From the NCBI GenBank assembly GCA_010909165.1, contig VJWM01000144.1, forward strand, positions 1 to 64,000: 64,000 nucleotides of DNA. Reading direction: 5' to 3'. Of the stretch, positions 12,745 through 26,868 are shown in pieces. Every line of letters starts with the position of its first letter. The first letter of the stretch is position 1. Under the pieces are notes generated by a model, which searched no databases, was not told the DNA's origin, and saw only the letters and a list, made by a program, of their open reading frames with translations. The position numbers were made by a program, and so were the translations under genes. This stretch comes from Anthoceros angustus. Its lineage: Eukaryota; Plantae; Anthocerotophyta.

Positions 12745-14231
12745 ATGGCGCATCGGTGATGCTACGGCTCATTGCTTTGGACCCAAGTCGCAGCGATGGG
12801 GGCCCCGATATGGACGCAACATTGTGGGAGAACCTCACGACGCGTTGTGGGCGTGTTGTCCTCTCGCCATTGGCAAGCGCGTTTCGCTTGGAGGATGCGT
12901 GCAGACGGTGGTACACGTATATGAGGTCGCCTCTTTTCTTGGAGGAGCATTCGCAAAATTTGATGATCGGGATGTGGAGCCAGTCCCGCTACGGTGTGCG
13001 TTGTGGGCGTGTTGTCCTCTCGCCATTGGCAAGCGCGTTTCGCTTGAGCATGCGTGCACGGTGGTACACGTACATGAGGTCGCCTCTTTTCTTGGAGGAG
13101 CATTCGCAAAATTTGATGATCGGGATGTGGAGCCAGTCCCGCTACGGTGTGCGTTGTGGAGCGCGCCCGTTGAAGAGAGGCCTAGGAGCTCAAGGGCCGT
13201 CGGAGATGGATTTGTCCTTCCTTCCACGGAGGTATTGCGATTTGTTTTGGCGCGATCCGAGCTTGAGGCGGAGTGCCTTGTGGGGTCCCGACACCACGTT
13301 CGCAGCCACGTGACGGCTACATTGTTGTCGCCGAGACAGTCCGCGGATGGGGAGGATCCCATGGTACCACCGACTCTTGCATTTTCAATCCAGTGACCAA
13401 GACGCATGTGGAGCCGCCGATCCGAGCTTGAGGCGGACGGCGGGTTGGCAGCCCGACCGGGTGTGCAAGTAGTAGCCGCGGACGGCGGGTTCAAGGTGTT
13501 TGTACTTCACCACGTTAGTGGCGGTGAAGTTCGAGCCTCCATGTACCGGCCGAGCGATACCATCCGGTGGTCAAACCGCTGGACATTGAGGGGTGAAAGT
13601 GGTGGGTGACATGATGTGCATACGAATTAAGGTGAGGCACCTCCGGTGGGGAGCCGCCGACCAAATCCTATGCAATCGACAACACCATTTACGAGGTGGA
13701 TCGTTGTGGAAGGCTCTCGGCTTATTACCTAGATGTCGCGCTGAAGGCGCAGTTCATCCATGCAAATGTGCTCATCAATGATGACACTCGAGGAGTCCGG
13801 TGTCATTCAAGTGGTTTAATAGTCGCTCGCGTAAGGGCCGTGCACGGTTGTGTGAGCACCGTGGAACTCTCTACCTCGTTCACACCATTAACGGGGCTTG
13901 AGATCCGGAAGCGGACAGAGCCTGGATCGGTCACGCGTTTGTGTCTCGAAGGCCGAGCGATACCATCCAGTGGTCAAACCGCTGGACATTGAGGGGTGAA
14001 AGTGGTGGGTGACATGATGTGCATACGAATTAAGGTGAGGCACCTCCGGTGGACGAAGCCCGGCAAGCCAAACCTAGTGATGAGTCGGGATTTGTTGGGG
14101 TACCACGAGAAGAAGAGTGGCTTTGCTTTCACGTTGTGGAAGGCTTTTGGATCTCGAGGAAAGTGACATCTTGGGCAAGAAGCGATCGCCAACCAGCCTT
14201 TGTCTTTGAATTTCGACCTCGTCGACTTTGA
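12745..14231 (+). pseudogene. F-box protein gene copy, frameshifted, with internal duplication and rearrangement
   Basis: Fragments MLRLIALDPSRSDGGPDMDATLWENL, RRWYTYMRSPLFL and C-terminal PAFVFEFRPRRL*. Segment ~12840-13010 is repeated at ~13000-13150. Confidence 0.8.
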
Positions 14232-16370
14232 ATAAGAGTACTAGTGGATGTATGTACATACATATATGCGATGTTCAAGTGTTGTGAACTTCTCTCCAAC
14301 ATCCATTAGGTTGTCTTAGTCCAATTCCTCTATGAAATTCTTGGTTTAATATCAAATTGTGCCAAAGTCCACAACAAAAGCTCTTAATAATATGTCCAAC
14401 CTACGGACTACAGCACTATAGGTTGTAATACATTATACATATATAAAATACCAGCGTGATCAATGTTGTGTCACCGAATTTTGTAGGGATGGCGTTATAG
14501 AATGTTAATTATAACCCGTGAGCACTAGACGAACCATGATCGCTCACAACACTCACTCTATCCGATCGAACATACGATGAAATCTTGCAAGGCACACGAT
14601 CTCACAGTGCAGCTGTAATACATTACATCCATATATATATAAACTACCAACGTGGTGGTGGTTCGAATTTTGTAGAGATGGCGTTATAGAATGTTAATTA
14701 TAACCCGTGAGCACTAGACGAACCATGACCGCTAACAACACTCGGGACTATCCAATCGAACATACGATGATTGCAAGGCATACGATCTCATTGGGCCAAG
14801 AACATGATATCGCTTTGATGCCAAGCAAACTTCAATTCTTGCTAGGTCATGCGACTGGCGGGCATATGTTTGATTACCTTCGATTTGCCGAGCGGCCGAT
14901 CCGATCAACCGGAGCTGGATGCGCTCGTGCACCCCATCCACTAAGCCGGAGCTCCACCTCGGTGAAGGACCAAAAGAAAAAGTGAACAATTTGTCGTGAC
15001 GAGATCGCGATCGGTCCCAAGCCATCCTTGTCGAGCTACCGAGTTGAGAGCTGCTGAATCTTTAATGCTGCCCTTCAAACCGTGTGCATTTGTCGTTGTC
15101 TTTGGAATGCGGCAGCCTATTAACTTTTGTTGCCAATGGTGTGGGACATGTGTGCAAGATCCGGCGAGTTGAAAGAAGCGCGTTTTATTAGCATGGCCAC
15201 AAAAGGATGTCGTAACGTGGAATGCCCTTGGATCTGGTCTTGCAAAATGTGGTGAGTCAAACATCACGCCACGTTTTGACAAGTCGAGGCACAAGGATGT
15301 GGTGAAAGGGAATGCCTAAGGATCTAGCTCTTGTCGGAGTAGGTTGCATATGCTTACGACGCTAAGGGAAGATGCTTAGGATGCTAAGGATGGATGATTA
15401 GGATGCTAAGGACACATGCTTAGGATGCTAAGGGAAGATGCTTAGGATGCTAAGGGCGGTGGCTCCCTCCCACAAAGCCAACATTATCCGAACCAAATTG
15501 TAAAGTTTCAAACATGAAAGACAAATCAAAAAGTAGTTTGAGTTATTTGAGTAGTCGGAATACATTATATAATATTAAAAATAAATTAGAGTGATTGAAG
15601 AAATTCTTTGTCACTTTAAATAATTTTCAATAATAAATCATGATTAATGATCCTTGATTATTTAATTATAGTTTGAATTTTGAAACCCGACATGCTCACA
15701 TGTCCTAGTGCCATAGGGTGACATGAGTATGCAAAAGAGTGTGTCATAAGGTGCAGCAACGCAAATAGTGTGTTACAGGTGTGGTAGGGAGTGGCAGCCC
15801 ATAAATAAATGAACTGAATTAATTAGTATGGCTGGTGGTTCAAGGATCCGGACCTAAAAATCTTATCACGACTTGAAAAAACAACGAGCGGTCACACATT
15901 ATGTAACATATTGGTGTGGGAAGCGTTACATGAGTGTGATGAGGGATCCGTGAGGCGAGGGCGGGAGGACTCGGGAGGTGGTGCGTTACGCAAGGGCATC
16001 ATTTTCTGTTACAAGATGGTCCAAAAGTGTTAGAATACTATGTTACAACATCCCCCGCCTTCCTAAAATTGCAATCTCCGATAAGTCGTGCTTTGTTTCG
16101 TCAATTTTAGTCTCGGGCTATATATGTGGGTATTGTGTTAGTGTAAAATCAAACCTTTGTGCCCAACCTGGAAACTTCAATGAGTTGTTGTACATAGGAC
16201 TTTTCAGATCGTTCAATCTCAACAAGTCCTCCTTTGTTTCGTCAATTTTAGTCTCGGGCTATATATGTAGGGTTTCGTATCGTCAATATCATTGAACTGT
16301 TGAGTTCCAAGTTGCAGCAAAATCTACAATTTGTTGTGCACTTGCTTGGGAACTTGGTGCGAGCGAGATT

Positions 16371-17682
16371 ATGGCGCATCGGTGATGCTACGGCTCATTT
16401 TGGACCCAAGTCGCGATGGGGCCCCGATATGGACGCAACATTGTGGGAGAACCTCCACGACGCCAGGGCGAAGTGTTGTCCTCTCGCCGTTGGCAAGCGC
16501 GTTTCGCCGAGCATGCGTGCACGGTGGTACACGTACATGAGGTCGCCTCTTTTCTTGGAGGAGCATTCGCAAAATTTGATGATCGGGATGTGGAGCCAGT
16601 CCCGCTACGGTGTGCGTTGTGGAGCGCGCCCGTTGAAGAGAGGCCTAGGAGCTCAAGGGCCGTCGGAGATGGATTTGTCCTTCCTTCCACGGAGGTATTG
16701 CGATTTGTTTTGGCTGCGATCCGAGCTTGAGGCGGAGTGCCTTGTGGGGTCCCGACACCACGTTCGCAGCAGCCACGGTGACGGCTACATTGTTGTCGCC
16801 GAGACAGTCCGCGGATGGGAGGATCCCATGGTACCACTGGACTCTTGCATTTTCAATCCAGTGACCAAGACGTCTGAGCCGGCCGGGTTGGCAGCCCGAC
16901 CGAGCCGGCCGGGTTGGCAGCCCGACCGACCGGGTGTGCAAGTAGTAGCCGCGCGGACGGCGGTTCAAGGTGTTTGTACTTCACCACGTTAGTGGCGGTG
17001 AAGTTCGAGCCTCCATGTACCGGTCGGCCGAGCGGATGGAGCAGGACGCGACTTCAACTCGTCGCGTGTGGACTTTGAGCTTACGGGCAGCCGGCGGGTT
17101 CAAGGATCCGGACCAAATCCTATGCAATCGACAACACCATTTACGAGGTGGATCGTTGTGGAAGGCTCTCGGCTTATTATTTAGATGTCGCGCTGAAGGC
17201 GCGCAGTTCGTCCATGCAAATGTGCTCATCAATGATGACACTCGAGGGAGTCCGGTGTCATTCAAGTGGTTTAATAGTCGCCGCGTAAGGGCCGTGCACG
17301 GTTGTGTGAGCACCGTGGAACTCTACCTCGTTCACACCATTAACGGGGCTTGAGATCCGGAAGGGACAGAGCCCGGATCGGTCGACGTTTGTGTCTCAAG
17401 GCTGCCGAGCGATACCATCCGGTGGTCAAACCGCTGGACATTGAGGGGGTGAAAGTGGTGGGTGACATGATGTGCATACGAATTAAGGTGAGGCACCTCC
17501 GGTGGGACGAAGCCCGGCAAGCCAAACCTAGTGATGAGTCGGGATTTGTTGGGGTACCACGAGAAGAAGAGTGGCTTTGCTTTCACGTTGTGGAAGGCTT
17601 TTGGATCTCGAGGAAAGTGACATCTTGGGCAAGAAGCGATCGCCAACCAGCCTTTGTCTTTGAATTTCGACCTCGACTTTGA
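16371..17682 (+). pseudogene. F-box protein gene copy, full span, multiple frameshifts
   Basis: DMDATLWENL...RWYTYMRSPLFL...SCIFNPVTKT...EEEWLCFHVVEGFW...PAFVFEFRPRL*, distributed over several frames. Confidence 0.85.
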
Positions 17683-19949
17683 ATAAGAGTACTAGTGGAT
17701 GTATGTACATACATATATGCGATGTTCAAGTGTTCAAGTGTTGTGAACTTCTCCAACATCCATTAGGTTGTCTTAGTCCAATTCCTCTATGAAATTCTTG
17801 GTTTAATATCAAATTGTGCCAAAGTCCACAACAAAAGCTCTTAATAATATGTCCAACCTACGGACTACAGCACTATAGGTTGTAATACATTATACATATA
17901 TAAAATACCAGCGTGATCAATGTTGTGTCACCGAATTTTGTAGGGATGGCGTTATAGAATGTTAATTATAACCCGTGAGCACTAGACGAACCATGATCGC
18001 TCACAACACTCAGCTCTATCCGATCGAACATACGATGAAATCTTGCAAGGCACACGATCTCACAGTGCAGCTGTAATACATTACATCCATATATATATAA
18101 ACTACCAACGTGGTGGTGGTTCACGAATTTTGTAGAGATGGCGTTATAGAATGTTAATTATAACCCGTGAGCACTAGACGAACCATGACCGCTAACAACA
18201 CTCGGGACTATCCAATCGAACATACGATGATTGCAAGGCATACGATCTCGGGCCAAGAACATGATATCGCTTTGATGCCAAGCAAACTTCAATTCTTGCT
18301 AGGTCATCGATGCGACTGGCGGGCATATGTTTGATTACCTTCGACGGCCGAGCGCCGATCCGATCAACCGGAGCTGGATGCTCGTGCACCCCATCCACTA
18401 AGCCGGAGCTCCACCTCGGTGAAGGACCAAAAGAAAAAGTGAACAATTTGTCGTGACGAGATCGCGATCGGTCCCAAGCCATCCTTGTCGAGCTACCGAG
18501 TTGAGAGCTGCTGAATCTTTAATGCTGCCCTTCAAACCGTGTGCATTTGTCGTTGTCTTTGGAATGCGGCAGCCTATTAACTTTTGTTGCCAAGCTGGTG
18601 TGGGACATGTGTGCAAGATCCGCGAGTTGAAAGAAGCGCGGTTTTATTAGCATGGCCACAAAAGGATGTCGAACGTGGAATGCCCTTGGATCCGGTCTTG
18701 CAAAATGTGGTGAGTGAAACATCACGCCACGTTTTGACAAGCCGAGGCACAAGGATGTGGTGAAAGGGAATGCCTAAGGATCTAGCTCTTGTCGGAGTAG
18801 GTTGCATATGCTTACGACGCTAAGGGAAGATGCTTAGGATGCTAAGGATGGATGATTAGGATGCTAAGGACACATGCTTAGGATGCTAAGGGCGAGATAG
18901 CGAGGATGGTAAGGCGGTGGCTCCCTCCCACAAAGCCAACATTATCCGAACCAAATTGTAAAGTTTCAAACATGAAAGACAAATCAAAAAGTAGTTTGAG
19001 TTATTTGAGTAGTGAATACATTATATAATATTAAAAATAAATTAGAGTGATTGAAGAAATTCTTTGTCACTTTAAATAATTTTCAATAATAAATCATGAT
19101 TAATGATCCTTGATTATTTAATTATAGTTTGAATTTTGAAACCCGACATGCTCACATGTCCTAGTGCCATAGGGTGACATGAGTATGCAAAAGAGTGTGT
19201 CATAAGGTGCAGCAACGCCGCAAATAGTGTGTTACAGGTGTGGTAGGGAGTGGCAGCCCATAAATAAATGAACTGAATTAATTAGTATGGCTGGTGGTTC
19301 AAGGATCCGGACCTAAAAATCTTATCACGACTTGAAAAAACAACGAACGGTCACACATTATGTAACATATTGGTGTGGGAAGCGTTACATGAGTGTGATG
19401 AGGGATCCGGTCTTGCAAAATGTGGTGAAAGGGAATGCCTAAGGATCTAGCTCTTGTCGAGTAGGTTGCATATGCTTACGATGCTAAGGATGGATGATTA
19501 GGATGCTAAGGGAAGATGCTTAGGATGCTAAGGGAAGATGCTTAGGATGCTAAGGGAAGATGCTTAGGATGCTAAGGCGGTGGCTCCCTCCCACAAAGCC
19601 AACATTATCCGAACCAAATTGTAAAGTTTCAAACATGAAAGACAAATCAAAAAGTAGTTTGAGTTATTTGAGTAGTGAATACATTACATCCATATATATA
19701 TGTGGGTATTGTGTTAGTGTAAAATCAAACCTTTGTGCCCAACCACTGGAAACTTCATGAGTTGTTGTACATAGGACTTTTCAGATCGTTCAATCTCAAC
19801 AAGTCCTCCTTTGTTTCGTCAATTTTAGTCTCGGGCTATATATGTAGGGTTTCGTATCGTCAATATCATTGAACTGTTGAGTTCCAAGTTGCAGCAAAAA
19901 TCTACAATTTGTTGTGCACTTGCTTGGGAACTTGGTGCAGAGCGAGATT

Positions 19950-21267
19950 ATGGCGCATCAGGTGATGCTACGGCTCGCTGTTTTGGACCCAAGTCGCAGC
20001 GATGGGGGCCCCGATATGGACGCAACATTGTGGGAGAACCTCCCTGACGACGTTGTGGGCGAAGTGTTGTCCTCTCTGCCGTTGGCAAGCGCGTTTCGCT
20101 TCGAGCATGCGTGCAGACGGTGGTACACGTACATGAGGTCGCCTCTTTTCTTGGAGGAGCATTCTGCAAAATTTGATGATCAGGATGTGGAGCCAGGTCC
20201 CGCTACGGTGTGCGTTGTGGAGCGCCCGTTGAAGAGAGGCCTAGGAGCTCAAGGGCCGTCGGAGATGGATTTGTCCTTCCTTCCACGGAGGTATTGCGAT
20301 TTGTTTTGGCGCTGCGATCTGAGCTTGAGGCGGAGTGCCTTGTGGGGTCCCGACACCACGTTCGCAGCAGCCACAGGTGACGGCTACATTGTTGTCGCTG
20401 AGACAGGTCCGCGGGATGGGGAGGATCCCATGGTACCACTGGACTCTTGCATTTTCAATCCAGTGACCAAGACGTACAGGGAGCTGCCTGTGCTGAATCT
20501 GAGCCGGCCGGGTTGGCAGCCCGACCGGCGGGGTGTGCAAGTAGTAGCTGCAGCGGACGGCGGGTTCAAGGTGTTTGTACTTCACCACGTTAGTGGCGGT
20601 GAAGTTCGAGCCTCCATGTACCGGCCGAGCGATACCATCCGGTGGACGCGACTTCAACTCGTCGCGTGTGGACTTTGAGCTTACGGCAGCCGGCGAGCCG
20701 CCGACCAAATCCTATGCAATCGACAACACCATTTACGAGGTGGATCGTTGTGGAAGGCTCTCGGCTTATTACCTAGATGTCGCGCTGAAGGCGCGTCCAT
20801 GCAAATGTGCTCATCAATGATGACACTCGAGGAGTCCGGTGTCATTCAAGTGGTTTAATAGTCGCCGCGTAAGGGCCGTGCACGGTTGTGTGAGCACCGT
20901 GGAACTCTACCTCGTTCACACCATTAACGGGGCTTGAGATCCGGAAGCGGACAGAGCCCGGATCACCGACGCTTTGTGTCTCAAGGCTGCCGAGCGATAC
21001 CATCCGGTGGTCAAACCGCTGGACATTGAGGGGTGAAAGTGGTGGGTGACATGATGTGCATACGAATTAAGGTGAGGCACCTCCGGTGGACGAAGCCCGC
21101 AAGCCAAACCTAGTGATGAGTCGGGATTTGTTGGGGTACCACGAGAAGAAGAGTGGCTTTGCTTTCACGTTGTGGAAGGCTTTTGGATCTCGAGGAAAGT
21201 GACATCTTGGGCAAGAAGCGATCGCCAACCAGCCTTTGTCTTTGAATTTCGACCTCGTCGACTTTGA
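19950..21267 (+). pseudogene. F-box protein gene, best-preserved copy (F-box plus kelch/FBA-like beta-propeller); N-terminal ~240 aa open, then frameshifted
   Basis: F-box motif LWENLPDDVVGEVLSSLPLASAFRFEHACRRWYTYMRSPLF, plus CIFNPVTKTYRELP and terminal AFVFEFRP, which are typical of plant F-box/kelch-like proteins. Intronless; ATG at 19950, TGA ends at 21267. Confidence 0.9.
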
Positions 21268-22129
21268 ATAAGAGTACTAGTGGATGTATGTACATACATA
21301 TATGCGATGTTCAAGTGTTGTGAACTTCTCCAACATCCATTAGGTTGTCTTAGTCCAATTCCTCTATGAAATTCTTGGTTTAATATCAAATTGTGCCAAA
21401 GTCCACAACAAAAGCTCTTAATAATATGTCCAACCTACGGACTACAGCACTATAGGTTGTAATACATTATACATATATAAAATACCAGCGTGATCAATGT
21501 TGTGTCACCGAATTTTGTAGGGATGGCGTTATAGAATGTTAATTATAACCCGTGAGCACTAGACGAACCATGATCGCTCACAACACTCACTCTATCCGAT
21601 CGAACATACGATGAAATCTTGCAAGGCACACGATCTCACAGTGCAGCTGTAATACATTACATCCATATATATATAAACTACCAACGTGGTGGTGGTTCGA
21701 ATTTTGTAGAGATGGCGTTATAGAATGTTAACCCCGAGCCGGACGAACCATGACCGCTAACAACACTCGGGACTATCCAATCGAACATACGATGATTGCA
21801 AGGCATACGATCTCACAGTGCAGCTGTAATACATTATATCCATATATATATATGTAAACTACCAACGTGGTGGTGGTTCGAATTTTGTAGAGATGGCGTT
21901 ATAGAATGTTAATTATAACCCGTGAGCACTAGACGAACCATGACCGCTAACAACACTCGGGACTATCCAATCGAACATACGATGATTGCAAGGCATACGA
22001 TCTCTGGGCCAAGAACATGATATCGCTTTGATGCCAAGCAAACTTCAATTCTTGCTAGGTCATCGATGCGACTGGCGGGCATATGTTTGATTACCTTCGA
22101 CGGCCGAGCGCCGATCCGATCAACCGGAG

Positions 22130-22765
22130 CTGGATGCAGGACGCGACTTCAACTCGTCGCGTGTGGACTTTGAGCTTACGGCAGCCGGCGAGCCGCCGAC
22201 CAAATCCTATGCAATCGACAACACCATTTACGAGGTGGATCGTTGTGGAAGGCTCTCGCTTATTACCTAGATGTCGCGCTGAAGGCGCGCAGTTCGTCCA
22301 TGCAAATGTGCTCATCAATGATGACACTCGAGGAGTCCGGTGTCATTCAAGTGGTTTAATAGTCGCCGCGTAAGGGCCGTGCGGTTGTGTGAGCACCGTG
22401 GAACTCTCTACCTCGTTCACACCATTAACGGGGCTTGAGATCCGGAAGCGGACAGAGCCCGGATCACCGACGCTTTGTGTCTCAAGGCCTGCCGAGCGAT
22501 ACCATCCGTGGTCAAACCGCTGGACATTGAGGGGTGAAAGTGGTGGGTGACATGATGTGCATACGAATTAAGGTGAGGCACCTCCGGTGGGGCCCGGCAA
22601 GCCAAACCTAGTGATGAGTCGGGATTTGTTGGGGTACCACGAGAAGAAGAGTGGCTTTGCTTTCACGTTGTGGAAGGCTTTTGGATCTCGAGGAAAGTGA
22701 CATCTTGGGCAAGAAGCGATCGCCAACCAGCCTTTGTCTTTGAATTTCGACCTCGTCGACTTTGA
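22130..22765 (+). pseudogene. F-box gene 3' half, entered directly from spacer sequence
   Basis: Spacer (accggagctggatgc) runs into aggacgcgacttcaactc. Ends ...FEFRPRRL* at 22765. Confidence 0.8.
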
Positions 22766-25101
22766 ATAAGAGTACTAGTGGATGTATGTACATACATATA
22801 TGCGATGTTCAAGTGTTGTGAACTTCTCTCCAACATCCATTAGGTTGTCTTAGTCCAATTCCTCTATGAAATTCTTGGTTTAATATCAAATTGTGCCAAA
22901 GTCCACAACAAAAGCTCTTAATAATATGTCCAACCTACGGACTACAGCACTATAGGTTGTAATACATTATACATATATAAAATACCAGCGTGATCAATGT
23001 TGTGTCACCGAATTTTGTAGGGATGGCGTTATAGAATGTTAATTATAACCCGTGAGCACTAGGCGAACCATGATCGCTCACAACACTCACTCTATCCGAT
23101 CGAACATACGATGAAATCTTGCAAGGCACACGATCTCACAGTGCAGCTGTAATACATTACATCCATATATATATAAACTACCAACGTGGTGGTGGTGGTT
23201 CGAATTTTGTAGAGATGGCGTTATAGAATGTTAATTATAACCCGTGAGCACTAGACGAACCATGACCGCTAACAACACTCGGGACTATCCAATCGAACAT
23301 ACGATGATTGCAAGGCATACGATCTCACAGTGCAGCTGTAATACATTACATCCATATATATATAAACTACCAACGTGGTGGTGGTTCGAATTTTGTAGAG
23401 ATGGCGTTATAGAATGTTAATTATAACCCGTGAGCACTAGGCGAACCATGACCGCTAACAACACTCGGGACTATCCAATCGAACATACGATGATTGCAAG
23501 GCATACGATCTCTGGGCCAAGAACATGATATCGCTTTGATGCCAAGCAAACTTCAATTCTTGCTAGGTCATCGATGCGACTGGCGGGCATATGTTTGATT
23601 ACCTTCGACGGCCGAGCGCCGATCCCGATCAACCGGAGCTGGATGCGGCTCGTGCACCCCATCCACTAAGCCGGAGCTCCACCTCGGTGAAGGACCAAAA
23701 GAAAAAGTGAACAATTTGTCGTGACGAGATCGCGATCGGTCCCAAGCCATCCTTGTCGAGCTCGAGTTGAGAGCTGCTGAATCTTTAATGCTGCCTTCAA
23801 ACCGTGTGCATTTGTCGTTGTCTTTGGAATGCGGCAGCCTATTAACTTTTGTTGCCAACCGGTGTGGGACATGTGTGCAAGATCCGCGAGTTGAAAGAAG
23901 CGCGGTTTTATTAGCATGGCCACAAAAGGATGTCGAACGTGGAATGCCCTTGGATCCGGTCTTGCAAAATGTGGTGAGTCAAACATCACGCCACGTTTTG
24001 ACAAGTGAGGCACAAGGATGTGGTGAAAGGGAATGCCTAAGGATCTAGCTCTTGTCGAGTAGGTTGCATATGCTTACGACGCTAAGGGAAGATGCTTAGG
24101 ATGCTAAGGATGGATGATTAGGATGCTAAGGACACATGCTTAGGATGCTAAGGCGAGATAGCCGAGGATGGTAAGGCGGGCTGGCTCCCTCCCACAAAGC
24201 CAACATTATCCGAACCAAATTGTAAAGTTTCAAACATGAAAGACAAATCAAAAAGTAGTTTGAGTTATTTGAGTAGTCGAATACATTATATAATATTAAA
24301 AATAAATTAGAGTGATTGAAGAAATTCTTTGTCACTTTAAATAATTTTCAATAATAAATCATGATTAATGATCCTTGATTATTTAATTATAGTTTGAATT
24401 TTGAAACCCGACATGCTCACATGTCCTAGTGCCATAGGGTGACATGAGTATGCAAAAGAGTGTGTCATAAGGTGCAGCAACGCCGCAAATAGTGTGTTAC
24501 AGGTGTGGTAGGGAGTGGCAGCCCATAAATAAATGAACTGAATTAATTAGTATGGCTGGTGGTTCAAGGATCCGGACCTAAAAATCTTATCACGACTTGA
24601 AAAACAACGAACGGTCACACATTATGTAACATATTGGTGTGGGAAGCGTTACATGAGTGTGATGAGGGATCCGGTGAGGCGAGGGGCGGGAGGACTCGGA
24701 GGTGGTGCGTTACGCAAGGGCATCATTTTCATTACAAGATGGTCCAAAAGTGTTAGAATACTATGTTACAACATCCCCCGCCTTCCTAAAATTGCAATAT
24801 CCGATAAGTCGTGCTTTGTTTCGGTAATTTTAATCTCAGCCTATATATGTAGGGTATTGTGTTAGTGTAAAATCAAACCTTTGTGCCCAACCCGCTGGAA
24901 ACTTCAGCTGAGTTGTTGTACATAGGACTTTTCGTATCGTTCAATCTCAACAAGTCCTCCTTTGTTTCGTCAATTTTAGTCTCAGGCTATATATGTAGGG
25001 TTTCGTATCAGTCCAATATCATTGAACCGTTGAGTTCCAAGTTGCAGCAAAAATCTACAATTTGTTGTGCACTTGCTTGGGAACTTGGTGCGAGCGAGAT
25101 T

Positions 25102-26434
25102 ATGGCGCATCGTGATGCTACGGCTCATTGCTTTGGACCCAAGTCGCAGCGATGGGGGCCCCGATATGGACGCAACATTGTGGGAGAACCTCCACGACGC
25201 GTTGTGGGCGTGTTGTCCTCTGCCGTTGGCAAGCGTTTCGCCGAGCATGCGTGCGACGGTGGTACACGTACATGAGGTCGCCTCTTTTCTTGGAGGAGCA
25301 TTCGCAAAATTTGATGATCGGGATGTGGAGCCAGTCCCGCTACGGTGTGCGTTGTGGAGCGCGCCCGTTGAAGAGAGGCCTAGGAGCTCAAGGGCCGTCG
25401 GAGATGGATTTGTCCTTCCTTCCACGGAGGTATTGCGATTTGTTTTGGCGCGATCCGAGCTTGAGGCGGAGTGCCTTGTGGGGTCCCGACACCACGTTCG
25501 CAGCAGCCACGGTGTGGCTACATTGTTGTCGCCGAGACAGTCCGCGGATGGGGAGGATCCCATGGTACCACCGACTCTTGCATTTTCAATCCAGTGACCA
25601 AGACGCATGAGGTCGCCTCTTTTCTTGGAGGAGCATTCGCAAAATTTGATGATCGGGATGTGGAGCCAGTCCCGCTACGGTGTGCAAGTAGTAGCTGCGG
25701 CGGACGGCGGGTTCAAGGTGTTTGTACTTCACCACGTTAGTGGCGGTGAAGTTCGAGCCTCCATGTACCGGTCGACGCTGAACAGATGGACAGCAGGACG
25801 CGACTTCAACTCGTCGCGTGTGGACTTTGAGCTTACGGGCAGCCGGCAGGAGCCGCCAGACCAAATCCTATGCACTGACAACACCATTTACGAGGTGGAT
25901 CGTTGTGGAAGGCTCTCGGCTTATTACCTAGATGTCGCGCCTGAAGGCGCGCAGTTCATCCATGCAAATGTGCTCATCAATGATGACACTCGAGGGAGTC
26001 CGGTGTCATTCAAGTGGTTTAATAGTCGCTCGCGTAAGGGCCGTGCACGGTTGTGTGAGCACCGTGGAACTCTCTACCTCGTTCACACCATTAACGGGGC
26101 TTGAGATCCGGAAGCGGACAGAGCCCGGATCGACGCGTTTGTGTCTCAAGGCTGGCCGAGCGATACCATCCGGTGGTCAAACCGCTGGACATTGAGGGGT
26201 GAAAGTGGTGGGTGACATGATGTGCATACGAATTAAGGTGAGGCACCTCCGGTGGACGAAGCCCGGCAAGCCAAACCTAGTGATGAGTCGGGATTTGTTG
26301 GGGTACCACGAGAAGAAGAGTGGCTTTGCTTTCACGTTGTGGAAGGCTTTTGGATCTCGAGGAAAGTGACATCTTGGGCAAGAAGCGATCGCCAACCAGC
26401 CTTTGTCTTTGAATTTCGACCTCGTCGACTTTGA
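25102..26434 (+). pseudogene. F-box protein gene copy, frameshifted, with internal switch at ~25605
   Basis: Same fragments as the other copies. At gcatgaggtcgcc (~25605) it returns to an earlier CDS position, then skips forward at cggtgtgcaagtag. Confidence 0.8.
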
Positions 26435-26837
26435 ATAAGAGTACTACTAGATGTATGTACATACATATATGCAGTGTTCAAGTGTTGTGAACTTCTCTCC
26501 AACATCCATTAGGTTGTCTTAGTCCAATTCCTCTATGAAATTCTTGGTTTAATATCAAATTGTGCCAAAGTCCACAACAAAAGCTCTTAATAATATGTCC
26601 AACCTACGGACTACAGCACTATAGGTTGTAATACATTATACATATATAAAATACCAGCGTGATCAATGTTGTGTCACCGAATTTTGTAGGGATGGCGTTA
26701 TAGAATGTTAATTATAACCCGTGAGCACTAGACGAACCATGATCGCTCACAACACTCAGCTCTATCCGATCGAACATACGATGAAATCTTGCAAGGCACA
26801 CGATCTCACAGGTACAGGCTGTAATACATTACATCCA

Positions 26838-26868
<31 letters not shown>

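Noticed and set aside
14074-14259. Recurrent minus-strand ORFs (MYIHPLVLLFKVDEVEIQRQRL..., MAIASCPRCHFPRDP..., MAWDRSRSRHDK...)
   Set aside because: They are antisense shadows of the F-box CDS or spacer that recur only because the DNA is repeated; no recognisable motif.
14500-14530. CACTA words in the array spacer as CACTA transposon termini
   Set aside because: No matching terminal inverted repeat or 3-bp TSD; the 5-mer is expected by chance.
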